In this document: in pieces, positions 51,029 to 60,860 of the stretch
Layout: every line of letters starts with the position of its first letter
How positions within the stretch are numbered: position 1 is the first letter of the stretch
Source: Nitrososphaeraceae archaeon
GTDB lineage: Archaea; Thermoproteota; Nitrososphaeria; Nitrososphaerales; Nitrososphaeraceae
Length of the DNA: 64,000 nt
Direction of reading: 5' to 3'
NCBI GenBank assembly: GCA_035250975.1
Contig: DATFEP010000061.1
Span: 64,001-128,000, forward strand
Notes under the pieces: generated by a model
Told to the model about the DNA's origin: nothing
The model's input: only the letters and a program-made list of their open reading frames with translations
The model's database searches: none
Program-made: the position numbers and the translations under genes

Positions 51029-51961
51029 ATGAGCTTTTCTATTGCAGTTCCTATATCTGTTTCAACGGCATATAGTCCTGGTCATATTACGGGTTTCTTT
51101 GAAAAACCACCCAATTACTTTAAAGATAGTCCTCTTTCTGTTGGTTCTCGGGGTGCTGGTTTTTCAATAAAAAAAGGTGTTACAACTACTGTAGAGTTAT
51201 ATGAATCATCTAAAATGTCTTATGAAATTTTTATAAATGGTTTGATGGTAAAAAATGCTCCTGTATCTGATTGGATCGTTAGACGCTATATTAAGGAGTG
51301 CGATTCTAATTTCTTGATAAAAATAAAACATCTCGTTGATATTCCTATTGGTTTTGGTTTGGGTACCAGTGGAGCTGGAGCGTTAAGCTTATCCTATGCA
51401 CTTAATCAAGTTCTAGATACAAAGTTTAGTATCGAACAGGCCGCACAAATTGCTCATGTCGCAGAGTTACATTGTAAAACGGGTTTTGGTACTGTGCTCT
51501 CTGAATTTCATGGAGGATTAGAAATTAGAACTACTTTTGGGGCACCAGGTATTGGAAAAGTAACTAAAATTGAGTCAAAAGATCATATAGCTATGATTTT
51601 GTGTATCAACCCAATTTTTACAAAAAAAATTCTTTCTACGTACTCAAATAAAGCAAATATATTAGCTAGACAAATGGTGGAACAATTACTTGTTTCTAGG
51701 GATCTCAGAGATTTTCTAAAATTATCGAGAAAATTCGCGGATTTTCTAGGCCTAACTAAAGGTATTTGCGCCGCACCCTTAAATGAACTTGCTAGTAATG
51801 GAATATATTCGAGTGTAGCCCTTTTTGGTGAAACTATATTTACTTTGGTACCAAAGAATGAAGAAAAAAAAGTGAGTTCTATCTTAGGTAAATTTCAAGG
51901 AGTTCTGGTTGTTAGTGAAATTGATACTAAAGGAGCGATATTAAGAAATCGTGATCAATAA
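51029..51961 (+). CDS. Pantoate kinase (GHMP family)
   Basis: PGHITGFF, GSRGAG, PIGFGLGTSGAG, AHVAE..CKTGFGTV; first gene of the CoA cluster. Confidence 0.9.
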   Translation: MSFSIAVPISVSTAYSPGHITGFFEKPPNYFKDSPLSVGSRGAGFSIKKGVTTTVELYESSKMSYEIFINGLMVKNAPVSDWIVRRYIKECDSNFLIKIKHLVDIPIGFGLGTSGAGALSLSYALNQVLDTKFSIEQAAQIAHVAELHCKTGFGTVLSEFHGGLEIRTTFGAPGIGKVTKIESKDHIAMILCINPIFTKKILSTYSNKANILARQMVEQLLVSRDLRDFLKLSRKFADFLGLTKGICAAPLNELASNGIYSSVALFGETIFTLVPKNEEKKVSSILGKFQGVLVVSEIDTKGAILRNRDQ

Positions 51962-52715
51962 TCATATCCCATCAAATCACCCTAGAGCAAAGTCTCTCTA
52001 TATTCGAAATTTACTTATAACTGGTTTTAAATCTGGATTTGTGGTCCCAGAAGGATTACTGGCGCATGGAAGAGGAGAAGCTTTTGATTACCTCATAGGA
52101 GAACATACTTCTGTCTACGCATTACATGCCATTAAGGCCGCATCATCTCTATTATTATTGGCAGATCATCCGGTAATTTCGGTTAATGGAAATTCTGCAG
52201 CTTTATGTGCTAGGGAAATGGTAGAATTAGCTAATTATTCTAATGCATTTTTAGAAGTGAATTTATTTTATAAGAGTCGTGATCGGGAATATCTTATTTC
52301 AGAAACACTGAAGAAGAATGGAGCTAATATTGTTCTTGGGCTAGATAAAAAGAATTCTATAGATATTACCGACCTAACTAGCTCAAGAAGACATGTGGAT
52401 CTTGAAGGAATATACAAAGCAGATGTCGTATTAGTACCTTTAGAAGATGGAGATAGAACAAGTGCTTTAATCAAGATGAAGAAAAAAGTAATAACAATAG
52501 ATTTAAACCCTCTTTCAAGGACCGCACAATCGGCCAATATCAGTATTATTGATAACATTGTGCGAGCTATGCCCCACCTCGTTGAAACAACAAAAAAAAT
52601 AAAAAACATGAAAAGGAGCTCACTTGAAAAAATCGTGGAAAAATATGATAATCAATATAATCTGGACAAGTCTATAAAATTAATACGTGGGAATGCGGGC
52701 TCAAAATTTAGATAA
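51951..52715 (+). CDS. Phosphopantothenate synthetase (4-phosphopantoate--beta-alanine ligase)
   Basis: HPRAKSL, AHGRGEAFDYLIGE, PVISVNGN, VPLEDGDR, IDLNPLSRT. Confidence 0.93.
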   Translation: MINNHIPSNHPRAKSLYIRNLLITGFKSGFVVPEGLLAHGRGEAFDYLIGEHTSVYALHAIKAASSLLLLADHPVISVNGNSAALCAREMVELANYSNAFLEVNLFYKSRDREYLISETLKKNGANIVLGLDKKNSIDITDLTSSRRHVDLEGIYKADVVLVPLEDGDRTSALIKMKKKVITIDLNPLSRTAQSANISIIDNIVRAMPHLVETTKKIKNMKRSSLEKIVEKYDNQYNLDKSIKLIRGNAGSKFR

Positions 52716-53568
52716 TGATACCGATAAAAATAGCTCAAGAAAATTAACGGTTACTGAGTTCATGTTAATGAAGAATAGAGAAAAAATTTCGATGGTTACT
52801 TCTTATGATTATTGGAGTTCGAAAATATGTGATAAAGCAGGAATCGATGTCTTGCTGGTTGGAGATAGTGCAGGCATGGTAATGCTTGGATATGACTCTA
52901 CTATCCCAGTTAGGATGAAAGAAATGTTGTTATTTACAAGAGCAGTAGCACGTGGTACAAAAAGAGGGCTAATTGTATCCGATATGCCACTTGGATCGTA
53001 TCAAACAGATACAATGCATGCTATAAGAAATGCAATAAGATTTATCAAGGCTGGTAGCGACGCTGTGAAATTAGAGGGCGGTGTTGAGGTCGCAGACAAA
53101 ATAAAGGCAATTGTCAACTGTGGAATTCCGGTTTTGGGTCACATTGGGTTGAAACCACAGACAGCAAAACTCTGGGAGGGATATAAAGTCCAAGGTAATA
53201 CATGCACTTCTGGTTCTGATCTTATTAAGGATGCAAAAGAGCTGGAAAAAGCTGGGGTTTTTGGAATAGTTCTTGAAATGGTAGCATCGGAGATATCGAA
53301 ATTAATTTCAAAAAATGTAAGAATTCCAACTATAGGAATAGGTTCAGGTCCTTACTGTGATGGCCAGGTTCTTGTCCTTCATGACATGTTGGGTTTATAT
53401 GATGATATTAAACCGCGGTTCGTGAAAAATTATACTCATCTGTCTAAGCATATTTTTGAAGCAACACAGAATTACATAAATGAAGTAAAAACGGGAGTTT
53501 TTCCAGAAGACAAACACACTTTTCATATGAAAAAAGATGAATATAATAAATTAAAAGCGGGAAAATAA
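52687..53568 (+). CDS. panB: Ketopantoate hydroxymethyltransferase
   Basis: LVGDSAGM, DMP, VKLEGG, GHIGL, GQVLV. Confidence 0.95.
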   Translation: MGMRAQNLDNDTDKNSSRKLTVTEFMLMKNREKISMVTSYDYWSSKICDKAGIDVLLVGDSAGMVMLGYDSTIPVRMKEMLLFTRAVARGTKRGLIVSDMPLGSYQTDTMHAIRNAIRFIKAGSDAVKLEGGVEVADKIKAIVNCGIPVLGHIGLKPQTAKLWEGYKVQGNTCTSGSDLIKDAKELEKAGVFGIVLEMVASEISKLISKNVRIPTIGIGSGPYCDGQVLVLHDMLGLYDDIKPRFVKNYTHLSKHIFEATQNYINEVKTGVFPEDKHTFHMKKDEYNKLKAGK

Positions 53569-53586
53569 ATCATGTAATAATATAAA

Positions 53587-54858
53587 ATGAAATTTAAAAG
53601 AACCAAGAATTTACATCCATCAAAGGATATCTCGTGTACATTAGGCGATGAGCTTAAAGGAAAACGGGTAATATTATGTGTTTCTGGCAGTGTCGCCGCT
53701 TACAAAGCCATAGATTTTGCTAGACTTCTCATGAGGCATGGTGCTGATGTATTTGCAGTAATTTCTAAATCTACATCTTTATTATTAAATCCTAATTTTT
53801 TAAAATGGGCTACAGGAAACGAGGTAGTTGCAAAATTAACTGGAAATATGGAACATATTGCTTTGGGAGACTTTGAAATGTCTGATTTAGTAGTAGTATA
53901 TCCATGTACTGCAAATACTTTGGGTAAATTCGCATGTGGTATAGACGATACCCCTATTACATCAATTCTTACAGTTTCTCTTGGATCCAAAATTCCAATA
54001 TTTATAGCTCCTGCTATGCACGAAGCAATGTATCACAATCCTTTTGTGGTCAATAATTTAGATACAATAAGACAAAATGGTGTGTCAATAATAGAACCAT
54101 CTATGATTGAAGGAAAAGCGAAAATTGCAACACCTGAAAATGCATTATCTCAAATTTTGAATTTTTTTGCACAATCCAATAATAAAATTTTGCTAAATAA
54201 AAAAATTCTTGTAACCTCTGGAAGTACTATAGAATTTATCGATCCTGTAAGAGTTATATCCAATCTGAGTTCGGGAAAAATGGGTCAAGCACTTGTAAAC
54301 GAAGCTTTAGAACAAGGCGCGCATGTTACTCATATATCAGGTAATTCCTTCCTTAAACCTTTAACTAATAGAAATTTAAAAAATATCCAGGCTACTACAT
54401 CTGAGGATATGTATGAGAAGGTGACATCTGAATTATCTTCTAAGAAATATGATATTGCGATAATGGCTGCTGCAGTCTCTGACTTTAAGGTAAACCAGGT
54501 AAATAAAAAGAAGATCAGAAGTCGCGGCTATAATAAATTAACAATAGATTTGTTTCCAACGAAAAAGATCATAAATTACATAAAATTGGTGGATAAGAAT
54601 ATTTTTCTTGTAGGTTTTACAGCCTATCATGATGTATCCAATTCATTTCTAATTTCTAGGGCAAATGAAAAATTAAAAGAATCTAGTAGTGATATTATTA
54701 TTGCAAATGACGTTGGAAGAAAATATTCTACTATTGGTTCAGATTATAATGAGGTATTTATAATTTCTAAAAATAAACCCGTTGTTCATTTACCTCCTGA
54801 ACGAAAAGACCTCATCGCAAAAAAAATACATGAAATAATTGCCTCATACCTGAAATGA
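53587..54858 (+). CDS. coaBC: Bifunctional phosphopantothenoylcysteine decarboxylase/synthetase
   Basis: GSVAAYKA, PCTANT, PAMHEAM, IDPVRVISNLSSGKMG, AAAVSDF. Confidence 0.95.
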   Translation: MKFKRTKNLHPSKDISCTLGDELKGKRVILCVSGSVAAYKAIDFARLLMRHGADVFAVISKSTSLLLNPNFLKWATGNEVVAKLTGNMEHIALGDFEMSDLVVVYPCTANTLGKFACGIDDTPITSILTVSLGSKIPIFIAPAMHEAMYHNPFVVNNLDTIRQNGVSIIEPSMIEGKAKIATPENALSQILNFFAQSNNKILLNKKILVTSGSTIEFIDPVRVISNLSSGKMGQALVNEALEQGAHVTHISGNSFLKPLTNRNLKNIQATTSEDMYEKVTSELSSKKYDIAIMAAAVSDFKVNQVNKKKIRSRGYNKLTIDLFPTKKIINYIKLVDKNIFLVGFTAYHDVSNSFLISRANEKLKESSSDIIIANDVGRKYSTIGSDYNEVFIISKNKPVVHLPPERKDLIAKKIHEIIASYLK

Positions 54859-54923
54859 ATAATAAATTAACCTTGTTATATATTTTTAATTGAATATTTT
54901 ATGAACAAATTTATTATAATATA

Positions 54924-56009
54924 TTATAATATAACTAGATTATTTCTAAATTTGTTCATTTTTTTTACACCATTTTTTATTTTGTTATCTATGATCACAC
55001 TATCCTCTATTCTAATACCAAATTTGGACTTCAAATAAATTCCTGGTTCTATTGTTATGGTCATATTATTATTTAAGATCTGTTTATTGTTTCTGCGAAT
55101 CCAAGGAGGTTCATGAACATCCAAACCAATTCCATGTCCTGTAGAATGATTAAATTCCTCATTGTAACCCCTATTTGAAATAAAATCTCTGCAAATTTTA
55201 TCTACTTCTCCAGCTGTTGTGTTTTCGCAAGCGTTTTTAACCCCTAAATCTTGGCACTCTCTGACTATTTCATAGATTTTTTTCATTTCTGAACTAATTC
55301 TCCCAAGAGCAAAAGTTCTTGTTGCATCTCCAACATATCCTTTATATCTTAATGTTATGTCTACCACAATAAAATCACCTGTCTTGAATCTTCTATCTGA
55401 AACACTTGAGTGTGGTAATGCTCCATTTGGACCACTTGCGATAATAAAAGGATTTAGAGTCGATCTGTACGAAGGCAAGCTTGCTTTGTTTTTTAAAGCC
55501 TCATACACTAGTGTTGCCTGCAACTGTCTTTCAGAAATTCCAACCTTTACCTCATTTATACATACTTCAAATAAGTAATCTATGATCTTTACTGCATGCT
55601 GAATATTTCTTATTTCTTCCCTATCTTTAATCATTCTACATTTAAAAAAAGGCTCATCATTGACAATGATCTTTTTTTTACCTATATGATTCCTCAAATA
55701 TTCAACTCTATTGTATTGCTCACAATCGGTTATTGACGAATCACTATTTTTTAAATCTGATATAACAGAAATTAAAATATCATTCCCCCTTTCAGACTGA
55801 ACCACTTCGCAATCCTTTGAATCTAGGTTAGCTCGAACATACTCTAATTTCGGAGTATATAACCTAGTCAGGTCTTGGTCGACCAACAGTACTCCCTCCC
55901 CCCAAAATCCTGTCAAATAAGAAATATTTTCTGGTTTAAAGGAAATTAAATTTCTACCTCCATACTTTGATATAGCTTTTAATATGTTTTTTCTGCGGTC
56001 ACCGAACAT
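54924..56009 (-). CDS. Xaa-Pro aminopeptidase (M24 family)
   Basis: ALPH, DATRT, HSTGHGIGLDVHE, TIEPGIY, GIRIED. Confidence 0.92.
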   Translation of the reverse strand: MFGDRRKNILKAISKYGGRNLISFKPENISYLTGFWGEGVLLVDQDLTRLYTPKLEYVRANLDSKDCEVVQSERGNDILISVISDLKNSDSSITDCEQYNRVEYLRNHIGKKKIIVNDEPFFKCRMIKDREEIRNIQHAVKIIDYLFEVCINEVKVGISERQLQATLVYEALKNKASLPSYRSTLNPFIIASGPNGALPHSSVSDRRFKTGDFIVVDITLRYKGYVGDATRTFALGRISSEMKKIYEIVRECQDLGVKNACENTTAGEVDKICRDFISNRGYNEEFNHSTGHGIGLDVHEPPWIRRNNKQILNNNMTITIEPGIYLKSKFGIRIEDSVIIDNKIKNGVKKMNKFRNNLVIL

Positions 56010-56178
56010 ATTTTTAGGTTGTAATCTTATCTTTTATTCCTTTTCAATAATATTATAGGTATATTTGTTCTAAACACGGATTAATACTCCAAAAGGAAGG
56101 CTACAAGTTTTTTACGAATCTAAGCAGATGGTCGCTATTATAATAGTAATACTATTTCAGTTTATATGATTTAGTACT

Positions 56179-56439
56179 ATGAAATCAGGAATAAAAGTAG
56201 CAAAAATGTTAGATGTAAAAAAAACTAACTATTTCAAAAGAAATTGACAGTAATGGACACCCAACTGAATTTAACAAAATGGAGGAATAGTGACTCATCG
56301 AAAAATATCGATTGTAGAATCTGTTTTTTCCTTCATGAAGAGATGCTTCATCAATATATATGACAGTTAAATTTCCCAACATGGTAAAGAAATGATCATG
56401 AAAACATCACTCTACAATTTGTTTACCTCCATAACATAA
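56179..56439 (+). pseudogene. IS5-family transposase C-terminal remnant
   Basis: SGIKVAK, KWRNS, IVESVFSFMKRCF and MIMKTSLYNLFTSIT resemble the C-terminus of the IS5 transposase at 29169 (EVVFSSLKR...KIRLYNRFVSM). Confidence 0.7.
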
Positions 56440-56608
56440 TTCTAGATTAGTTTTTGAAAATGAAACTATTAGGGCGTCAGGATTTTGGATGTTATTACAT
56501 TACATTGGAGACTCTTTCTTCATATGTCATTTAGACTTAGAATTAAAACAATTGTTATTATTATCAGAAAGAATAAAAAAAGTGTCAAACCTCGTTTTCA
56601 ATAATATC

Positions 56609-56764
56609 CTAATCAATCATTTGATAATAGTCCTGCAAAAGCAAACCACTGACTTTTGAAAATTTTAACAAAACTTTTTCATCCTCAATATTATAATATT
56701 TTTTCATTTTTTCTAATAGTTTATCATCATAAAATATTGCTCCAATCTTCTTATGTTCGACTAG
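56609..56764 (-). pseudogene. Paralog of the 19871 microprotein; start codon reads CTA (pseudogene or non-canonical start)
   Basis: LVEHKKIGAIFYDDKLLEKMKKYYNIEDEKVLLKFSKVSGLLLQDYYQMID*; 18 of 31 residues identical over the core; TTTAAA upstream. Confidence 0.6.
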
Positions 56765-57255
56765 TTATAATTTAGGTATTTTTTAAATCATCATTGTAGA
56801 TTTTTTATACTTGATTCAGATTAATCATTTTACCTGATTTTATTTATTGTACTTTCAACATGATCTACAGGAAAAAGGTGACATGTATCTGCATATGTAT
56901 TATGCTCCGATCTCGATGTTTAGATTAAATTGACAACTTTATGGTTATATCTTTTTTTGCCAAAACTGAAGTATATCTAAAATATTAAATGTAGATTTTT
57001 AATTATTTAATGATAATTCTATGAGTTTATAAATTTAATTTAACAAGATAAAGGATTACTTTATTTCTTTAAAAAAAATTTGTTTTAACGATATTAAAGT
57101 CAATAGGTGAAGTAACTGCAAATAAGAATTTTACCTCAAATGTATAGAAATTTCATATCACTAAAATCCATTATAAATTGAGGATTTCTAGTGCACTGAT
57201 TTTTCGGTTGAATATATATTAAAATATAGGTTCAACAGACTGTTATTGAAAAATC

Positions 57256-58398
57256 ATGGAATATTTGGTTATGTTGCCAGGTCCAACTAACGTTCCAAAT
57301 CGTGTCATGAATGCTATGCTTGCCCCAATAATAAATCATCGTAGCGAAGATTTTCGTGTTCTATATAAGGGAATAATCGAAAAGACTCAGAAAGTTTTTG
57401 ATACTTCAAGTGATATTATTCTTCTTACCACATCTGGAACTGGTGCGGTTGAATCCTCAGTGGTTAATCTAATAAAGAAAGGTGATAAAGCAATAATTCC
57501 AGTTAATGGTGAATTCAGTACACGTCTAGCAGATTTAATTGATAGTTGGGGTGGAACGGCAATAAGGGTCAATGCGCCATTTGGTCAGAATCCCCCAATA
57601 GAAGAAATAGAAAAGGCATTTGAAGATAATAACGATGTTAAAGCAGTTTATGCTGTGTACAATGAAACATCAACTGGCACTACTATAAGATATATGGATA
57701 AACTCGGAGATCTTTCCAGCAAATTTGGCTCATTTTTTGTCGCAGATGCAGTTTCAATACTAGGAGGAGATGAACTCCCAGTTGATAAGTGGAACGTTGA
57801 TATCTGTATAACTGCCTCGCAAAAGGCATTAGCAGCACCTCCTGGTGTATCTCCGGTGTCGATCAATGAACGAACCAAAAAATACATGCAGTCTAATCCT
57901 TCACCAATACTGTACCTAAATTTCAATAGGTATTTCAAATATTACCAAGAACATATAGAGACCCCTTTCACTCCGGCATTACCTCTCTATTATGCATTTG
58001 ATGAAGCCTTAAATATCATTATGGACGAGGGGATGACTAACAGAATACAGAGGCATAGAATATGTGCTGATGCATTTTATTCTGGTCTTAATAATCTAGG
58101 ATTAACTCCTTTTGCTTATGAAAATGCTAGAAGCAATGTTGTTATTGCATTAAACTATCTCGACGGAATGGACGATAAGAAATTTAGAACACTATTATCT
58201 GATAAATTTCGGGTTCTAGTTGCCGGAGGATTTGGTAATCTTAAGGGTAAAGTTTTCAGAATTGGGAGTATGGGTGAAGTGAATGAGTATCATGTTATGA
58301 GAACAATGTCTTCTATTTATTCTGCCATGACAATGCTCGGAATTGAAGTAAACAAAGAGGCCTTATCTGTATCAGAAGAAAAATTGAAAAAACTATAA
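57256..58398 (+). CDS. Class V aminotransferase (alanine-glyoxylate/serine-pyruvate type)
   Basis: MLPGPT, NETSTG, DAVS, ASQKAL, TPFTP, FRIGSMG. Confidence 0.92.
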   Translation: MEYLVMLPGPTNVPNRVMNAMLAPIINHRSEDFRVLYKGIIEKTQKVFDTSSDIILLTTSGTGAVESSVVNLIKKGDKAIIPVNGEFSTRLADLIDSWGGTAIRVNAPFGQNPPIEEIEKAFEDNNDVKAVYAVYNETSTGTTIRYMDKLGDLSSKFGSFFVADAVSILGGDELPVDKWNVDICITASQKALAAPPGVSPVSINERTKKYMQSNPSPILYLNFNRYFKYYQEHIETPFTPALPLYYAFDEALNIIMDEGMTNRIQRHRICADAFYSGLNNLGLTPFAYENARSNVVIALNYLDGMDDKKFRTLLSDKFRVLVAGGFGNLKGKVFRIGSMGEVNEYHVMRTMSSIYSAMTMLGIEVNKEALSVSEEKLKKL

Positions 58399-58459
58399 AC
58401 CAATTAGACATTTTTAATTTTCGTCAAGCTTAATATAAGGTAAATTAATAGCGATTTTT

Positions 58460-59209
58460 ATGCCTTTTGAAAAAGGATCTCTAATACTATTAGATTATAC
58501 TGCAAGAATCAAAGATAATAATGAAATTTTTGAAACTACGCGAGAAGAAGATGCTAAAAATTCGAATTTATATGATCCTGTAAGAAAATATGAACCTCGT
58601 CTTGTATCAATTGGAGAAGGATGGGTTCTCAGAGGCGTAGATGAAGCACTTTCTACTGCTAATGTAGGCGATAAATTAGTGATTGAAATTTCTCCAGATA
58701 AAGGCTTCGGGGATAGAGATCCGAATAAAATCCGAATGATAGCACAAAGAAAGTTGGGAGAAAAAGCTGCCGAAATAAAGGTAGGTGATGTTGTAGAGAT
58801 TGATGAAAGACCTGGTATTGTAAGATATATAGGTTCTGGGCGAGTTCAAATAGATTATAATCATAGACTTGCAAGTAGAAGTTTGGTATACGATGTAAAT
58901 ATCATCCAGAAATTGGACACAAACGAAGAAAAAATAAAGAATTTAATGAAAAGGCGTCTTCCACTCAATGAAGAAAAGATAAAGTTTGAAATGCAAGATG
59001 ATACACTAGAGATCGAACTTCCCGAAGATGTTTTGTTATTAGATGGATTACAAATAATTAAACGAGCTATTTCTACTGATCTCTTTAAATTTATAACTTC
59101 TCTTAAAAAAATTATATTCAAGGAAGTATATAGTTTACCATCTTCTAAGGGCTCTCAAAAATTAGAAGCAACAACTGCTGAAGCAACAACTGCTGAAGCA
59201 AGAACCTAG
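58460..59209 (+). CDS. Long-type FKBP peptidyl-prolyl isomerase (SlyD-like)
   Basis: LDYTAR, FETT, GFGDRDP, GRVQIDYNHRLA. Confidence 0.9.
   Translation: MPFEKGSLILLDYTARIKDNNEIFETTREEDAKNSNLYDPVRKYEPRLVSIGEGWVLRGVDEALSTANVGDKLVIEISPDKGFGDRDPNKIRMIAQRKLGEKAAEIKVGDVVEIDERPGIVRYIGSGRVQIDYNHRLASRSLVYDVNIIQKLDTNEEKIKNLMKRRLPLNEEKIKFEMQDDTLEIELPEDVLLLDGLQIIKRAISTDLFKFITSLKKIIFKEVYSLPSSKGSQKLEATTAEATTAEART
59165..59200 (+). repeat. 15-bp in-frame tandem repeat encoding EATTA
   Basis: gaagcaacaactgct twice, followed by gaagca. Confidence 0.85.
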
Positions 59210-59279
59210 ATCAGAGAGTCAATCTATCAATATTTTTTTCCTAAATACTCTCATTTCTGAGCATTTATGATAACTAAAA

Positions 59280-60341
59280 TCAAATTACTTTTACATCTTT
59301 GGCCAATTCATAAGCAGTTTTCCGATCTAATTTATTTTTGCTTAATATCGTATATCTTTCTGGTCTTAATGATTGGGCAATTACTAATGCTTGAACAACA
59401 TCATTTTCACCTATATTTACTTGTGATGCCTTAGTAGGTGCTCCTAGACTCTCAAGAGCTTCAATTATTTTCTCATAATCTAAACCTTGCAATTTAGCCA
59501 TCATTATGGTGCCAAGACCAACCCTTTCGCCATGTAACCCGCAGAAATTGCCAGTAATATACTCTACAGCATGACTAAATAAGTGTTCAGATCCAGAACA
59601 GGGTCTACTACTACCTGCAATACATGCTGCAACTCCGGAACTAATTAAAGCTTCTATAATTGTCCTGACACCAATTTTCTTATTTTTTAACAATTCTTTT
59701 GATCTATTCATTATAATTGATGCACTCATTTGTGCGAGATTGGCTGAATAAGTTCCAAAGTATTCGTCTTTTTCCTCCTTAGCCAATTCCCAATCTTTTA
59801 CGGCAGTTAATTTACCAATTAAATCTCCACATCCGCTAGATAATAATCTTATTGGTGCCTCTGAAATAAGCTTTGTATCTGCTAATATCCCTATCGGAGT
59901 TGTCACTTTAATGGAGTGAGGTTTATGTGTCCCTCGCAACGATACAAATGGGCTTGCAATACCATCATGTGAAGCAGAAGTTGGAACACTAATGAATGGT
60001 TTTTTCAAATAGAATGCTATCATTTTTCCTACATCGACAGATTTTCCTCCTCCAACTCCTAAAATAATATCAGGTTCAAGTTTCCTTATATCTGTCTCTG
60101 ATTTAGCTACAATTTCTATAGAAGCTTCTTTTCTAATGTACCAATGACCATTTAGACCTTCCTTATGGAATGTTTCGTTAACGTGATCTTCAATCCTTTT
60201 TTTTACGTTTTCTCCAGATATCAGTACAACGTTTACAATCTTGTTATTGATACTTTTTACAAAACTACCTAACGTAGAAATGACATTATCCCCGATTAAA
60301 ATTTCTCTGGGTAATTCCATTAAATGAGAATTTATATCCAA
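59280..60341 (-). CDS. egsA: sn-glycerol-1-phosphate dehydrogenase
   Basis: GVGGGKSVDVGK, PTSASHDGIAS, SRPCSGSEHLFSH, LHGE, RYTIL. Confidence 0.95.
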   Translation of the reverse strand: MDINSHLMELPREILIGDNVISTLGSFVKSINNKIVNVVLISGENVKKRIEDHVNETFHKEGLNGHWYIRKEASIEIVAKSETDIRKLEPDIILGVGGGKSVDVGKMIAFYLKKPFISVPTSASHDGIASPFVSLRGTHKPHSIKVTTPIGILADTKLISEAPIRLLSSGCGDLIGKLTAVKDWELAKEEKDEYFGTYSANLAQMSASIIMNRSKELLKNKKIGVRTIIEALISSGVAACIAGSSRPCSGSEHLFSHAVEYITGNFCGLHGERVGLGTIMMAKLQGLDYEKIIEALESLGAPTKASQVNIGENDVVQALVIAQSLRPERYTILSKNKLDRKTAYELAKDVKVI

Positions 60342-60420
60342 ATTAGTTTTCGATTATATTTCATTCAAATAAAATAAATTTATTTCTTAAATTAATTGTT
60401 GTTAATATTTCTGAATCATT

Positions 60421-60711
60421 TTATTTGTTTTGAATGGTTTCTGCTATAGCATAGCCCATTCCAACTCTTGTGATTTTTATTCTAACTTCGTCTCCTACCT
60501 TTGTGCCAGCTACAAAAATTACCATACCTTCTATCTTGGCAACACCTGAATCTCCTCTTTTACTCATATCTTCTATCTTAACATCATATTCTTCACCTAC
60601 TTTTACTGGGATCCTAAAGGATCTAAATTTGCGAAAACCTCCATCCTTTTCCCCTTCTTCTCTAGTGGAATTCTTATTTTCTAAACTATTTTCTCTATCC
60701 ACGTTTTCCAA
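60421..60711 (-). CDS. Single TRAM-domain protein
   Basis: PVKVGEEYDVKI, GDSGVAKIEGMVIFV. Confidence 0.9.
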   Translation of the reverse strand: MENVDRENSLENKNSTREEGEKDGGFRKFRSFRIPVKVGEEYDVKIEDMSKRGDSGVAKIEGMVIFVAGTKVGDEVRIKITRVGMGYAIAETIQNK

Positions 60712-60860
60712 TCTTTATTCGTATCTGACTTATTATTCATTACTATTTCAACTTTTTTTTTATTAATAGTAAAGGATAAATATTTTCACTATTAATTTAT
60801 TACAATTGATTTATATTCCATATAGATTTTTTTTAACTTTAAAAATTATAGGAAAATAAT

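Noticed and set aside
50951-54858. PoK-PPS-PanB-CoaBC cluster as a new pathway
   Set aside because: This is the established archaeal CoA biosynthesis route.
59165-59200. EATTA repeat in the FKBP tail as a functional motif
   Set aside because: A short in-frame duplication in a probably disordered tail; most likely neutral.
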